A stretch of 64,000 nucleotides of DNA, from assembly GCA_041738235.1 (NCBI GenBank), contig JBGSQF010000013.1:193899-257898 (forward strand), read 5' to 3'. Origin of the DNA: Minisyncoccia bacterium. GTDB lineage: Bacteria > Patescibacteriota > Minisyncoccia > Moranbacterales > GCA-2747515. Positions 18,356 to 27,762 of this stretch are shown piece after piece; position 1 is the first letter of the stretch, and each line of letters begins with the position of its first letter. Made by a program: the position numbers and the translations under genes. The notes below the pieces were generated by a model, which worked only from the letters and a program-made list of their open reading frames with translations, ran no database searches and was not told the DNA's origin.

Positions 18356-18431
18356 ATGTTTAACACCTCCCGATTCCAATACAATTTTCTGAACAACTCC
18401 AGAGTCAACAATCAGATATAGTCCTTATAAC

Positions 18432-18460
18432 CTTGCCACCCTCGTCCTTTTCCCCTACAA
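18432..18460 (+). promoter_or_regulatory. Sigma70-like promoter TTGCCA-17-TACAAT for the nucleotide-sugar dehydrogenase operon
   Basis: Hexamers at 18432-18437 and 18455-18460, 30 nt upstream of ATG 18490. Confidence 0.5.
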
Positions 18461-18489
18461 TAGATACGTAACCATAATATCTTCAAAAT

Positions 18490-19770
18490 ATGCCGAAAGA
18501 AATTGTCACTGTGGTTGGATTGGGGTATGTTGGACTTCCTCTTGCGGTACTCGCCGCCAAAAAAGGTTTTACCACACAAGGACTTGAACAGAACACTGAA
18601 AAGGTAGATCTCGTTAATCGTGGAGAAAATTTCTTACAAGATGAGTTTCTTAAAGAACACTTCCAGGCCGGCATGGTAAAAGCGTCTGTAAAGCCGGCGA
18701 TACTCAAGAAGTCAGACATCATTATTGTATGCGTCCCAACGCCCGTAGACGCCCAATATAATCCCGATCTTGGACCTGTGCGTGGCGCAGTAGAAGCCAT
18801 TGCTAACAATATTACCCTTGAGAAAAAACCCCTTATTATTATCGAGTCCACGATAAACCCCGGCGTATGTGAAGAGGTGGTTGAACCCCTATTGCGAGAA
18901 GCTGGCTTCAAGGAGGGAAAACACTATGACCTCGCGCACTGCCCTGAACGCATTAACCCGGGAGATCCAAAGTGGAACGTTACGAATATCCCTCGTGTCG
19001 TAGGCGCTGCCAATCCCAAAGGACTTAAACGAGCCGTCGCTTTCTATGAAGCTATCCTCGACGCTACGGTACGCCCTATGAAGTCGCTCCGCGAGGCAGA
19101 GGCGGCCAAAGTGGTCGAAAATTCTTTCCGCGATATTAATATCGCTTTCGTCAATGAGCTCGCGCGGTCATTTGATGCCCTTGGTATCGACGTAGTAGAC
19201 GTCATAGCCGGAGCCGCAACCAAGCCCTTTGCTTTTATGCCTCACTGGCCAAGCTGTGGCGTGGGCGGACACTGCATTCCCGTCGACCCCTACTATCTTA
19301 TCGAACGAGCCAAGAAAGCCGGATTTGACCATCGATTCTTACGCACTGCGCGCATGATCAATAACGCCATGCCCAACTATACGGTCGAACTTCTTCAAGA
19401 CAAGCTCAACGACGTTGGACTTCCAATGAATGGAACAGCTGTCGGTGTTTTGGGAATTGCCTATAAAGCCAATGTGAACGACGTTCGCGAATCACCCGCC
19501 ATCCCCATTATTCGCGAGATCAAGAAACACAAGGCAACTGTTCTCACATACGATCCTTATATTCCTAAGCAGTCGACAGAGAAATCTCTCGAATCACTTC
19601 TCAAGAAATCGACAGCGTTAGTTTTGGTAACGAATCACAAGATATTCACTGATATTGACCCTCAAGTATTCCAGAAATATGGCATTAAGGTCATTATTGA
19701 TGGCAAAAACTGCCTCAACAAAACAGCTATAGAGAAGCTTGGCATCCTCTACAAAGGCATTGGCCGATAA
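18490..19770 (+). CDS. Nucleotide-sugar dehydrogenase (UDP-glucose/UDP-N-acetyl-D-mannosamine 6-dehydrogenase family)
   Basis: N-terminal Rossmann motif VVGLGYVGLPLA, catalytic Cys region (GGHCIPVDP) and a C-terminal UDP-binding domain. Confidence 0.9.
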   Translation: MPKEIVTVVGLGYVGLPLAVLAAKKGFTTQGLEQNTEKVDLVNRGENFLQDEFLKEHFQAGMVKASVKPAILKKSDIIIVCVPTPVDAQYNPDLGPVRGAVEAIANNITLEKKPLIIIESTINPGVCEEVVEPLLREAGFKEGKHYDLAHCPERINPGDPKWNVTNIPRVVGAANPKGLKRAVAFYEAILDATVRPMKSLREAEAAKVVENSFRDINIAFVNELARSFDALGIDVVDVIAGAATKPFAFMPHWPSCGVGGHCIPVDPYYLIERAKKAGFDHRFLRTARMINNAMPNYTVELLQDKLNDVGLPMNGTAVGVLGIAYKANVNDVRESPAIPIIREIKKHKATVLTYDPYIPKQSTEKSLESLLKKSTALVLVTNHKIFTDIDPQVFQKYGIKVIIDGKNCLNKTAIEKLGILYKGIGR

Positions 19771-19805
19771 TAGCAACCACCGATTTAAAAAGTAATACAC
19801 AACAT

Positions 19806-20039
19806 ATGTTTTCTCTCCTAAAACTTATTATCTGGATCGTTGGGTTTGTAATGGTCACCGCATTTGTACTGAGCTACTTTGGATACGAAGTAAATTTCAA
19901 CTATTTTAGCGAAAGTAAAGAAGAGTGCCTCAAAAGACTCGACGAATGCAAGAACAAATACATCAAGCAAGGCACTAAAAACGCAAAGTGTGATTTTAAT
20001 TGTATGAGCTCTGATCTGATCATCAAGAAAGAACAGTAA
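19806..20039 (+). CDS. Small membrane protein, hypothetical
   Basis: 77 aa with one N-terminal TM helix and a Cys-rich tail; tightly packed within the operon. Confidence 0.4.
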   Translation: MFSLLKLIIWIVGFVMVTAFVLSYFGYEVNFNYFSESKEECLKRLDECKNKYIKQGTKNAKCDFNCMSSDLIIKKEQ

Positions 20040-20059
20040 ATAAGACTCTTACACCTCCT

Positions 20060-20470
20060 ATGAAAAAAAGGATCCCTTACGTTCTCACACAAGATGACCT
20101 AAATGAGATCACTCGTCTCTTTTCCGATTACCAAGAATTTCGCCCAAAAAAATTACTCGGCCTCTCATCCCGAGACACTGAAAGCCTAGACAAGGACGCT
20201 GAGCTTCATCGACGCGCTCAAATGCTCAGTGATCATTTATCTCTATCGGGATCTCGCGAAATAAAACCACTTGCCCCACACTGGTGGATGGCCGTGCTCC
20301 GAAAGGCACGAGAAGCAGATCCCCATTTTCAGCTTCCTGTTGAAACAATAGCGCTAAGCAGCACTGAATTTTGGAAAGGTCTCATCGATATGAACAATAC
20401 CCCTCCTCACAAAGAAGACGAGAAGGATGAGCGAGATAAAACAATAGAACCATCCATTCCTTTGCGATAA
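20060..20470 (+). CDS. Hypothetical protein
   Basis: 136-aa ORF within the glycosylation operon; no recognisable motif. Confidence 0.4.
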   Translation: MKKRIPYVLTQDDLNEITRLFSDYQEFRPKKLLGLSSRDTESLDKDAELHRRAQMLSDHLSLSGSREIKPLAPHWWMAVLRKAREADPHFQLPVETIALSSTEFWKGLIDMNNTPPHKEDEKDERDKTIEPSIPLR

Positions 20471-20517
20471 ACATCAAAGAAGCCTTTTAAAAAAAGCTTA
20501 AATTCTAAACCCATCCT

Positions 20518-21468
20518 ATGAAACTGGTTATTAATATTCCCGCCTTCAATGAAGAGGTGGCCATCAGTAAAACTATACAAAGGATCGCTCGACACTACGA
20601 CGGGATCGACGAAGTAAAAGTTCATGTTATCGATGACGGATCCAAGGATAGAACAGCGGCCGTCTCCCGAGAGGCTGGTGCCGATCTCGTTTACTCACAC
20701 CCTACAAACCGCGGGATTGGAAAGACCTTCCGTACAGCGGTAGAGCAAGCACTTGAGCACGGGGCAGACATTATGGTCAATATCGATGCCGATGGACAAT
20801 TCGATCCCAATGATATCCCCAAGCTCCTTACACCCATTCTTGAAGGGCGCGCGGATATGGTAATTGCCAGCAGATTTGGTAAGCATAAAGCCAAGAACAT
20901 ACCAAGCATCAAAGATAGTCTCAATCGTTTTGCTGCCAACATCGTGAGTCGCTTTATGAAGACCAAGATCGACGATCTTACCTGTGGATTCCGAGCACTA
21001 AGTCGCGAAACAATGCTTCGCCTCAACCTCCCTGGAGACTTTACCTATACACAAGAAACGATCATTGATGCACTTGGGAAGAATCTCAAGCTTGTTTGGA
21101 TTCCCGTCACCGTCACTTATTTCGCGGACCGAAAGTCCCGCGTTGTCAAAACCGTTTGGGGGTTCGTCAGTAATAGCGCCAAGATCATCCTTAAAGCCGT
21201 CCGAGATGTACGACCGATGAAGTTCTTTGGCATCCCCGGACTGATCCTGGTCTTTTCCGCGATCGTTGTTTTTATCATATTTCTTACTTTCTACTTCCAA
21301 AACTTCGAAATAACCCCCTATCGAAACTGGCTTCTGCTTTCCATCGTTCTCTTTCTTATCGGTCTTCAGTGCTTGGTGTTTGCCCTCATTGCCGACATGA
21401 TCAAAAGCAACCGACGCCTCATGGAAGAAGTGCTCTATTCTCTCAAGAAAGAAAAGTACAATAAATAG
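20518..21468 (+). CDS. GT2 glycosyltransferase (dolichyl/polyprenyl-phosphate sugar transferase-like) with C-terminal TM helices
   Basis: NIPAFNEE...VIDDGSKD...NIDADGQFDP (DxD) GT-A fold motifs, followed by two C-terminal TM segments. Confidence 0.85.
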   Translation: MKLVINIPAFNEEVAISKTIQRIARHYDGIDEVKVHVIDDGSKDRTAAVSREAGADLVYSHPTNRGIGKTFRTAVEQALEHGADIMVNIDADGQFDPNDIPKLLTPILEGRADMVIASRFGKHKAKNIPSIKDSLNRFAANIVSRFMKTKIDDLTCGFRALSRETMLRLNLPGDFTYTQETIIDALGKNLKLVWIPVTVTYFADRKSRVVKTVWGFVSNSAKIILKAVRDVRPMKFFGIPGLILVFSAIVVFIIFLTFYFQNFEITPYRNWLLLSIVLFLIGLQCLVFALIADMIKSNRRLMEEVLYSLKKEKYNK

Positions 21469-21502
21469 ATTCCGGGTAACAAGAAATAAGAAACTATCTT
21501 TT

Positions 21503-22606
21503 ATGCGAATTCTTTTTATTTCTCGTGCTTACCCACCAATACTGGGCGGCATAGAAAACCAAAATGCGGGGATTGCAAAATACCTAAGTAAAGAAACAGA
21601 AGTTCTTACACTCGCCAATACACGCGGTAAAAAATTTTTACCTCTCTTTCTTCCCTGGGTAACTCTTCGAGCGATCTTTCTTATGCATCGATACGATGCC
21701 GTGCTTCTCGGCGATGGTGTTCTTGCGCCCGTTGGAGCACTACTCAGTATCGTCCACCCAAGGAAGAAATTTATTTCTATAATACACGGCTTAGATATTA
21801 CCTATGCTAAAAAAAGATCTCTTATGGGAAGGATCTACCGATACGTTAACATTCCCTCGCTTAAAATGCTCGATCGTCTCATTATGGTTGGCAATGAAAC
21901 CATTGAACAGGCCGTGGCGGTCGGCATCGATCGCGCTAGATGTCTCTTTATTCCTAATGGCATTGACCCTGATGCATTATACAAACATACTGAACGAGAA
22001 AGACTCGACGACCTTCTCGGAATTTCCACCAAGAACAAGAAGGTTATCCTAAGAGTTGGTCGCTATGTTCGCCATAAGGGAGTCTTGTGGTTTCTTGAGA
22101 ATGTTCTCCCAAAACTTCCCAGCGATCATATTTTTATCGCCGCGGGAGGTGTTGTTGCCAATAACACTGCCGGGGACAACAACATATATCCCTTGTGTAA
22201 AAAGGTTATACAGAAACTCCACCTCGAAAGCCGAGCCTTTCTTCTCACCAACCTTCCCCAAAAGGATCTCATAACACTTTTCAACACCTGTGACCTTTAC
22301 GTTTCGCCAAACATCCCTGTACCGGGATCACTCGAGGGGTTTGGCATCAACCTTCTTGAGGCAGCAAGTTGTGGAAAAGTCGTACTTGCTAGCAACCACG
22401 AAGGCCTCAAAGACGCCGTACATGAAGGAAAGAATGGATTCCTACTCCCACCACAAGATGCTTCTGCATGGATACAAAAAATACAAGAACTAAGCGCCAA
22501 GCCGGAGTTTCTCCACTCTTTCGGAGAGTCAGCAAAGCGTTACACCGATGAACACTTCTCTTGGAAAAAGATCACCAAAAAATATCTTGTAGCCATAAAA
22601 AAATAG
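21503..22606 (+). CDS. GT4-family (GT-B) glycosyltransferase
   Basis: C-terminal EGFGINLLEAASCGKVVLASNHEGLKDAV...GKNGFL is the GT4 E-x7-E-type motif. Confidence 0.8.
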   Translation: MRILFISRAYPPILGGIENQNAGIAKYLSKETEVLTLANTRGKKFLPLFLPWVTLRAIFLMHRYDAVLLGDGVLAPVGALLSIVHPRKKFISIIHGLDITYAKKRSLMGRIYRYVNIPSLKMLDRLIMVGNETIEQAVAVGIDRARCLFIPNGIDPDALYKHTERERLDDLLGISTKNKKVILRVGRYVRHKGVLWFLENVLPKLPSDHIFIAAGGVVANNTAGDNNIYPLCKKVIQKLHLESRAFLLTNLPQKDLITLFNTCDLYVSPNIPVPGSLEGFGINLLEAASCGKVVLASNHEGLKDAVHEGKNGFLLPPQDASAWIQKIQELSAKPEFLHSFGESAKRYTDEHFSWKKITKKYLVAIKK

Positions 22607-22627
22607 CACCGGGAGGTGCTATTTTTC
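22604..22627. terminator. Bidirectional terminator between the convergent GT4 gene and pheT
   Basis: TAGCACC-GGGA-GGTGCTA followed by TTTTTCT, with A-runs on the other side. Confidence 0.5.
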
Positions 22628-22654
22628 TCAGTACAGATTGAGTCTTCAGAGATG

Positions 22655-25048
22655 CTACATCTTAAGTTCCACACCCAGCGTGTCCAACTGCTTCAAACAT
22701 TCTTGGAACATACCTTCCACTTCATCCTTTGTAAGTGTTCTTGTGTCATCGCCAAAGACAAGGTGATAGGCAAAACTCTTCTCCCCATCTTTTTCATACA
22801 CATCAAAAAGTTCTGATCCTTTAAGGAATTTGCCAACAGATCGTTGAATCACACTGAGTACCTCAGCCGCAGAAATTGCTTTCGGTACCACGAGTGACAT
22901 ATCACGCCAAACATAGGGAAACTTCGGGAGTGGTGCGTATTTCTGTGTCGAAGGCATCGTCCCATACAACTCAGAAAGATTGGCTTCAAATAACGCCACT
23001 CTTCTTTTTACCTTCATTTCACGCAGTATGAACGGCGAGATCTCTCCTATGCGTGCAATACACTTTCCACGCGTGATGATCTGGGCACTGCGAGTCTTGT
23101 GGAAGTAGGCATCTCGTACATCCAGCTTCTGATAGGAAACTCCTTTCATCCCTAAGGAAGCAAACATTGCTTCAATACGTCCTTTGAGACATGCAAAGAC
23201 TTCATCCCCACCAGATTCTAAGGCAACGATCGCCTTAGACCCATGTACCTTTCCCACCTCACCCTTCTCGTACACTTTTCCCACTTCAAAAAATCTTACT
23301 TCATCAAAGTAACGGAGGTTTTCTTTGAGTTTTTCCAAGGCATTCGGTAGCATATTCATTCGAAATAGTTGTTGATCGGGATTCATCGGATTTTGCAAGG
23401 TAAAATGTTTCTCTTTTGGAAGTCCGAACGTCTCCGCCACTTCCGCCCTATAAAAAGAGTACGATAAAATTTCATCACACCCCACAGCGGTAAGCTCGTC
23501 TTTTATCTTCCTTTCGAACACCCTTCTCATGTTCACAGCGGGACTCTCAAGGGAAACAAGTGGTGCGACTGGAACGATCCTGTCATACCCATACAATCGT
23601 CCGATCTCTTCGATAAGGTCCTCTTGGGTATAGAGATCTCTTCGGAATGTTGGGATAGTTACACGCAGGTCAAATCGCTCACTACCACCGATCTCCTGCT
23701 GATCACCCATCGACTCTATCTGCATCCCAAGCGATCCCAATATTGAAGCAATTGTTTCTTTGGAGATACTTTCACCCAACAATTTCTCCACATAAGAAAC
23801 CTTAAGATCTATCGTCCAAGATGTCACCGGTTTAGGGTACACGTCCACGCTCGAAACGATCGTTGCCCCACATAGCGTTTGTAAAAGCTCTACTGCCCGA
23901 GAGGCTCCTATGCTGACCATATTTGGATCAATATCTCTCTCGAAGCGGTACGAGCTCTCCGTGTTCATTTTATGTCGTACACGAGATCTGCGAATGCTCA
24001 TAGCGTCAAAACAGGCTACTTCTAAGAATACATCGGCTGTTGATTCGTCCGTCCCACTATCGCGCCCACCCATTATGCCAGCAAGTGCTAATGGTTTTTC
24101 TGTATTAGCGATCACAATATCTTCCTCAGATAGCTCGATCTCACTCTCATCAAGCAATGTCATTTTCTCACCTTCTCGAGCGTTACGGATATGAATTTGT
24201 AGATCATCTACTCCCTCCTGATCATCACTTGCCACTATTTGACGAACATCAAAAGCATGGAGAGGTTGCCCTGTTTCAAGCATGACATAGTTAGTAATAT
24301 CCACTACAGCGTTTACCGAACGCATTCCACAGAGAAGAAGTCGCTCCTGCATCCATTTGGGCGAGTGACCATTTTGAACATTGGTAAGACGCACTCCCAT
24401 ATACCGACTACATTGCTCTTTCACCTCTATCTCAACATTTTCACTCTTCACCGTAGAATACTCTTTTGAAGAAAAGTTAAGATTTGTATTCTGTATCGCG
24501 CAAATTTCCCGAGCTATCCCGATATGCGCTAATGCATCGTGACCTCGACTCGAAAGGATCGAAAGTTCCAACATAGCATCTCCGGTCCCAATAATATTCG
24601 AGAAAGGAGTGCCAAGAGGAGTCTTTGGATCTAGATGTGCTATGCCGCTATGGTCTTCTCCTAATCCCAATTCATCCTCAGCACAAAGCATCCCATGCGA
24701 TGTTTCCCCCCGAATAGCAGACTCTTTGATCGTCATCCCATTAGGAAGCGTGGTGCCCACCGTTGCCACCGGCACCACATCTCCAGGTGCAATATTCTTT
24801 GCACCACAGACAATGTTTAGGATCTCCTTTTCTTCCGGATCTATTGTGACCTTTGTCAATGAGAGCTTGTCAGCGTTAGGATGTGGAGCTACCTCTAAAA
24901 TCTTTCCTGCCACCACGCCCTGTGAGATCGACGACGACTCTTCCAATGAATCTACCTCAAAACTATAGCGCGTAAAAAGCTCCGCCATCTCTTTTGGCAA
25001 AAGTTGCGTCCCCGCCAGTTCGTTAAGCCAGTTGACTGAATATTTCAT
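22655..25048 (-). CDS. pheT: Phenylalanine--tRNA ligase beta subunit
   Basis: 797 aa with N-terminal tRNA-binding domain, B3/B4 and B5 domains and the C-terminal FDX-ACB region. It lies immediately downstream of pheS. Confidence 0.9.
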   Translation of the reverse strand: MKYSVNWLNELAGTQLLPKEMAELFTRYSFEVDSLEESSSISQGVVAGKILEVAPHPNADKLSLTKVTIDPEEKEILNIVCGAKNIAPGDVVPVATVGTTLPNGMTIKESAIRGETSHGMLCAEDELGLGEDHSGIAHLDPKTPLGTPFSNIIGTGDAMLELSILSSRGHDALAHIGIAREICAIQNTNLNFSSKEYSTVKSENVEIEVKEQCSRYMGVRLTNVQNGHSPKWMQERLLLCGMRSVNAVVDITNYVMLETGQPLHAFDVRQIVASDDQEGVDDLQIHIRNAREGEKMTLLDESEIELSEEDIVIANTEKPLALAGIMGGRDSGTDESTADVFLEVACFDAMSIRRSRVRHKMNTESSYRFERDIDPNMVSIGASRAVELLQTLCGATIVSSVDVYPKPVTSWTIDLKVSYVEKLLGESISKETIASILGSLGMQIESMGDQQEIGGSERFDLRVTIPTFRRDLYTQEDLIEEIGRLYGYDRIVPVAPLVSLESPAVNMRRVFERKIKDELTAVGCDEILSYSFYRAEVAETFGLPKEKHFTLQNPMNPDQQLFRMNMLPNALEKLKENLRYFDEVRFFEVGKVYEKGEVGKVHGSKAIVALESGGDEVFACLKGRIEAMFASLGMKGVSYQKLDVRDAYFHKTRSAQIITRGKCIARIGEISPFILREMKVKRRVALFEANLSELYGTMPSTQKYAPLPKFPYVWRDMSLVVPKAISAAEVLSVIQRSVGKFLKGSELFDVYEKDGEKSFAYHLVFGDDTRTLTKDEVEGMFQECLKQLDTLGVELKM

Positions 25049-25049
25049 A

Positions 25050-26129
25050 TTAAAACTGTCTAATAAATCTCAGATTCCCACTGTGAAATAACCGAATATC
25101 GTCGATCTTATATTTCATCATCGCGAGTCGCTCCACGCCAAATCCCCAAGCAAATCCTTGATAACGATTTCGCTTATATCCCGCAGCTACAAACACGTTT
25201 TGGTTGACCATTCCAGCTCCTCCGATCTCCAACCATCCGGTTTGCTTACAAGAACTACACTTTTCTCCCCCACACACCATGCAACTAATATCAAATTCAA
25301 AACTCGGCTCCGTAAAAGGAAAAAAACTCGGTCGAATTCTTACCTTCGTTTCCCGTCCAAAAAATCTTGAAAAAAACTCCTCACCCACATACTTGAAATT
25401 TGCCACATTGACATCGTCTCCCACCATCAGTGCTTCAAATTGGTGAAACGTATGTTCATGTGAGGCGTCGGTGGCTTCATTACGAAAACATTTCCCCGGA
25501 ACAATAATACGAAATGGCGGGGTGTGTGATTGCATATAATGCACCTGCACCGGCGAAGTGTGCGGACGAAGCGCTAACCTTTCCCCATTCTCATTCTTAT
25601 CCGAAAGCCAAAAAGTATCCCAAGCATCACGTGCTGGATGATTGGCAGGAACATTTAAAACATCGAAATTATACAACTCTGTCTCTATCTCTGTCCCATC
25701 AGCGACATCGAACCCCATTGAGGAAAAAATACCTTCTATGTCACGGAGTACATGCGTGATCGGGTGCAAGTGTCCGATCTCAACCTTCTTCCCCGGAAGT
25801 GTCACATCGATCCGCTCACCCTCCCAATCAAAGTCTCCTTGCTCGATCTGAGCCTTTCGATCATCCAGTGCGAACAGAATATCATTTTTTACTGCCTGTA
25901 CTTGTGGCCCAAATTCTCGACGCTCTTCAGGACTCATCGACCCCAAAGACTTCAGCACTTCCGTCAGTGCCGATCTCCGACCCAAGAATTTCGCTCGAGC
26001 ACTTTCTAAAGCATCCAAAGTATCGACTTCAGAGATCGCCTGTATCGCTTCAGTTTTGATCACTTCGATATTTTTATTCATAGAACTATCGTAACAGATA
26101 TTTATTCGTTTGCAAAGAGGACAAAACAA
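25050..26129 (-). CDS. pheS: Phenylalanine--tRNA ligase alpha subunit (likely start MNKNIEV at 26081)
   Basis: Class II motifs (FRNEATDASHEHTFHQFEALMVG; GWLEIGGAGMV) and adjacency to pheT. Confidence 0.9.
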   Translation of the reverse strand: MFCPLCKRINICYDSSMNKNIEVIKTEAIQAISEVDTLDALESARAKFLGRRSALTEVLKSLGSMSPEERREFGPQVQAVKNDILFALDDRKAQIEQGDFDWEGERIDVTLPGKKVEIGHLHPITHVLRDIEGIFSSMGFDVADGTEIETELYNFDVLNVPANHPARDAWDTFWLSDKNENGERLALRPHTSPVQVHYMQSHTPPFRIIVPGKCFRNEATDASHEHTFHQFEALMVGDDVNVANFKYVGEEFFSRFFGRETKVRIRPSFFPFTEPSFEFDISCMVCGGEKCSSCKQTGWLEIGGAGMVNQNVFVAAGYKRNRYQGFAWGFGVERLAMMKYKIDDIRLFHSGNLRFIRQF

Positions 26130-26170
26130 AAACGGGACCGTGTACGGCGAGTCCCGTTTGTTGTTTTTTT
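26119..26170. terminator. Hairpin AACGGGAC-12 nt-GTCCCGTT with T-runs on both sides, 3' of the RRM gene
   Basis: Seen directly in the sequence; on the minus strand it sits immediately 3' of the RRM protein gene. Confidence 0.5.
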
Positions 26171-26179
26171 GCGAAGAGT

Positions 26180-26437
26180 TTATCGTTCCTCGAGAGGACG
26201 AGCTTCATTCACAACGAGTGTTCGTCCGCCGAATTCCTTTCCGTCGAACGTCTCAATTGCCTTGTCCGCATCAGCGTCAGCCTCGAATTCTACGAATCCG
26301 AATCCACGTGATCGGTTGGTCATTCGGTCCACGATGATGCGAACCGAGGAGACAGCTCCCGCCTCAGAAAAAGCGGCCTTCAACTCCTCTTCTGTGGTGG
26401 AATAAGGAAGTCCACCAACATATAATTTCTTTGCCAT
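26180..26437 (-). CDS. RRM-type RNA-binding protein
   Basis: Start at MAKKLYVGGL (RNP-2) with RGFGFVEF (RNP-1), 85 aa. The longer ORF-track N-terminus is not supported. Confidence 0.85.
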   Translation of the reverse strand: MAKKLYVGGLPYSTTEEELKAAFSEAGAVSSVRIIVDRMTNRSRGFGFVEFEADADADKAIETFDGKEFGGRTLVVNEARPLEER

Positions 26438-26599
26438 AACAAAACATGTTTTACCGATTAATAAGCGTAAGGCCTCTTGAACGCTTACCTTCCGGGTGAA
26501 ACATGCCGTACACACGGTATCCACGCACAGAAGAAACACTTTCTTGAGAATACTTACTGCTTTACAGTATACACTATCCGACCAAAAAAGTCAATCATT

Positions 26600-27751
26600 C
26601 TATTCAAAAGGACTCCACTTATTCCTTTCTAAATAATCACTCTTCAGTCTCGCAAACACTGGCCTTAGAACATTCGAAACTTGTTGTTTCGTTAGATTTA
26701 CCTTTTGTCCAACTTCTCTAAGAGACATTCCCTCTGAATCTATATCGCTATCCCAGTCATCTCCTGTTTTTATTCCAAAATAGAGACAGACCATTTTTCT
26801 TGTTCGTTCGTTCTGGATCTTCCCTATGATGTCTTGGACATACTCCTTGAGTTGCTCAGTAAATACTTCATCCTCACCCGAATTTATATCCTGAAACGGT
26901 AAGGAAGCGTCTCGCGCTTCAGGCGGTTCAGCGCCACTTTGAAGAGAAAGATATTGAAACACACCGTAAGCATTTCTGAGGTGTTCTAGGTCCTCAGAAG
27001 TTTCCATGGGGATGCCCAATGCGTGCATCTCCTCTGCGACAGCCTCAATAAATTCTTCGTCACTTTCTGGATTACGTCCATAAAAGTCCCGAAAATGTGC
27101 AAGAGCCCTTTTATACTTCCGAATTACATGGGCGCTCTTGCTGGTCGTGGATTCCCGAATCAGGTTATCACCATGCATTTTAAGACGTTCTTGAATACGA
27201 TTGCGAATACAGACCGCGGCATATGATGGAAAAGAAATTTTTTCCTCAGGCTCATAACCTTTCAACGCCTGCAAAAGCCCCTCAGCTGCATATTGAAACA
27301 GGTCCTCCCTATCTGCTTCAGAACCCCACAAGAAAGGCCTCATCACCATCTTCAAGAGACCAATGTTTGCCAAAACTGCTTCCTGCAACTCTCTCTGACC
27401 GTTCTTGTCTTCTTTTTTTGTCAAATTATCGAGTTGCAAGAAGTGCTTTGCTCGACCCAACACACTCAGGAATCCTTCTTCCGATACCTTCTGACCATTT
27501 CGAAAAAGCTCTTTCTTCTTGATCGGCCTTTCTCCGACTAATGCTGCCGATCCATTCTTCCTACTTTTCCATACATAGGGATTTTTTTTAAAGAGTGCTA
27601 TGTCTGACCACATATAGAGAAGAGCTCCCGCTTCTTCCTGTGAAAATTTTTGCTCTCCCTCCAAGTCTTCTCCTTGATCAAAGCGTTCTTGTCTTTTTCT
27701 CAGTTCTTCTCCGATCTGAGGAGAATATGGTATATGCCCCAATTCTTTCAT
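26600..27751 (-). CDS. RNA polymerase sigma-70 family factor
   Basis: Region 2 (DLFQYAAEGLLQALKGYEPEEKISFPSYAAVCIRNRI) and region 4 HTH (MSLREVGQKVNLTKQQVSNV). It has a long N-terminal extension and an acidic insert (GDDWDSDIDSEG). Confidence 0.7.
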   Translation of the reverse strand: MKELGHIPYSPQIGEELRKRQERFDQGEDLEGEQKFSQEEAGALLYMWSDIALFKKNPYVWKSRKNGSAALVGERPIKKKELFRNGQKVSEEGFLSVLGRAKHFLQLDNLTKKEDKNGQRELQEAVLANIGLLKMVMRPFLWGSEADREDLFQYAAEGLLQALKGYEPEEKISFPSYAAVCIRNRIQERLKMHGDNLIRESTTSKSAHVIRKYKRALAHFRDFYGRNPESDEEFIEAVAEEMHALGIPMETSEDLEHLRNAYGVFQYLSLQSGAEPPEARDASLPFQDINSGEDEVFTEQLKEYVQDIIGKIQNERTRKMVCLYFGIKTGDDWDSDIDSEGMSLREVGQKVNLTKQQVSNVLRPVFARLKSDYLERNKWSPFE

Positions 27752-27762
27752 ATTGTATAAGC

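Noticed and set aside
22616-22816. Short ORFs antisense to or overlapping pheT, alaS, recJ, smc and others in the six-frame track
   Set aside because: They are fully contained within long ORFs that carry unambiguous family motifs and are therefore taken as non-coding shadows.
26438-26539. N-terminal 34 codons of the RRM protein ORF
   Set aside because: The RNP-2 motif (LYVGGL) follows immediately after the internal Met, and small RRM proteins start there. The extension is probably 5' UTR.
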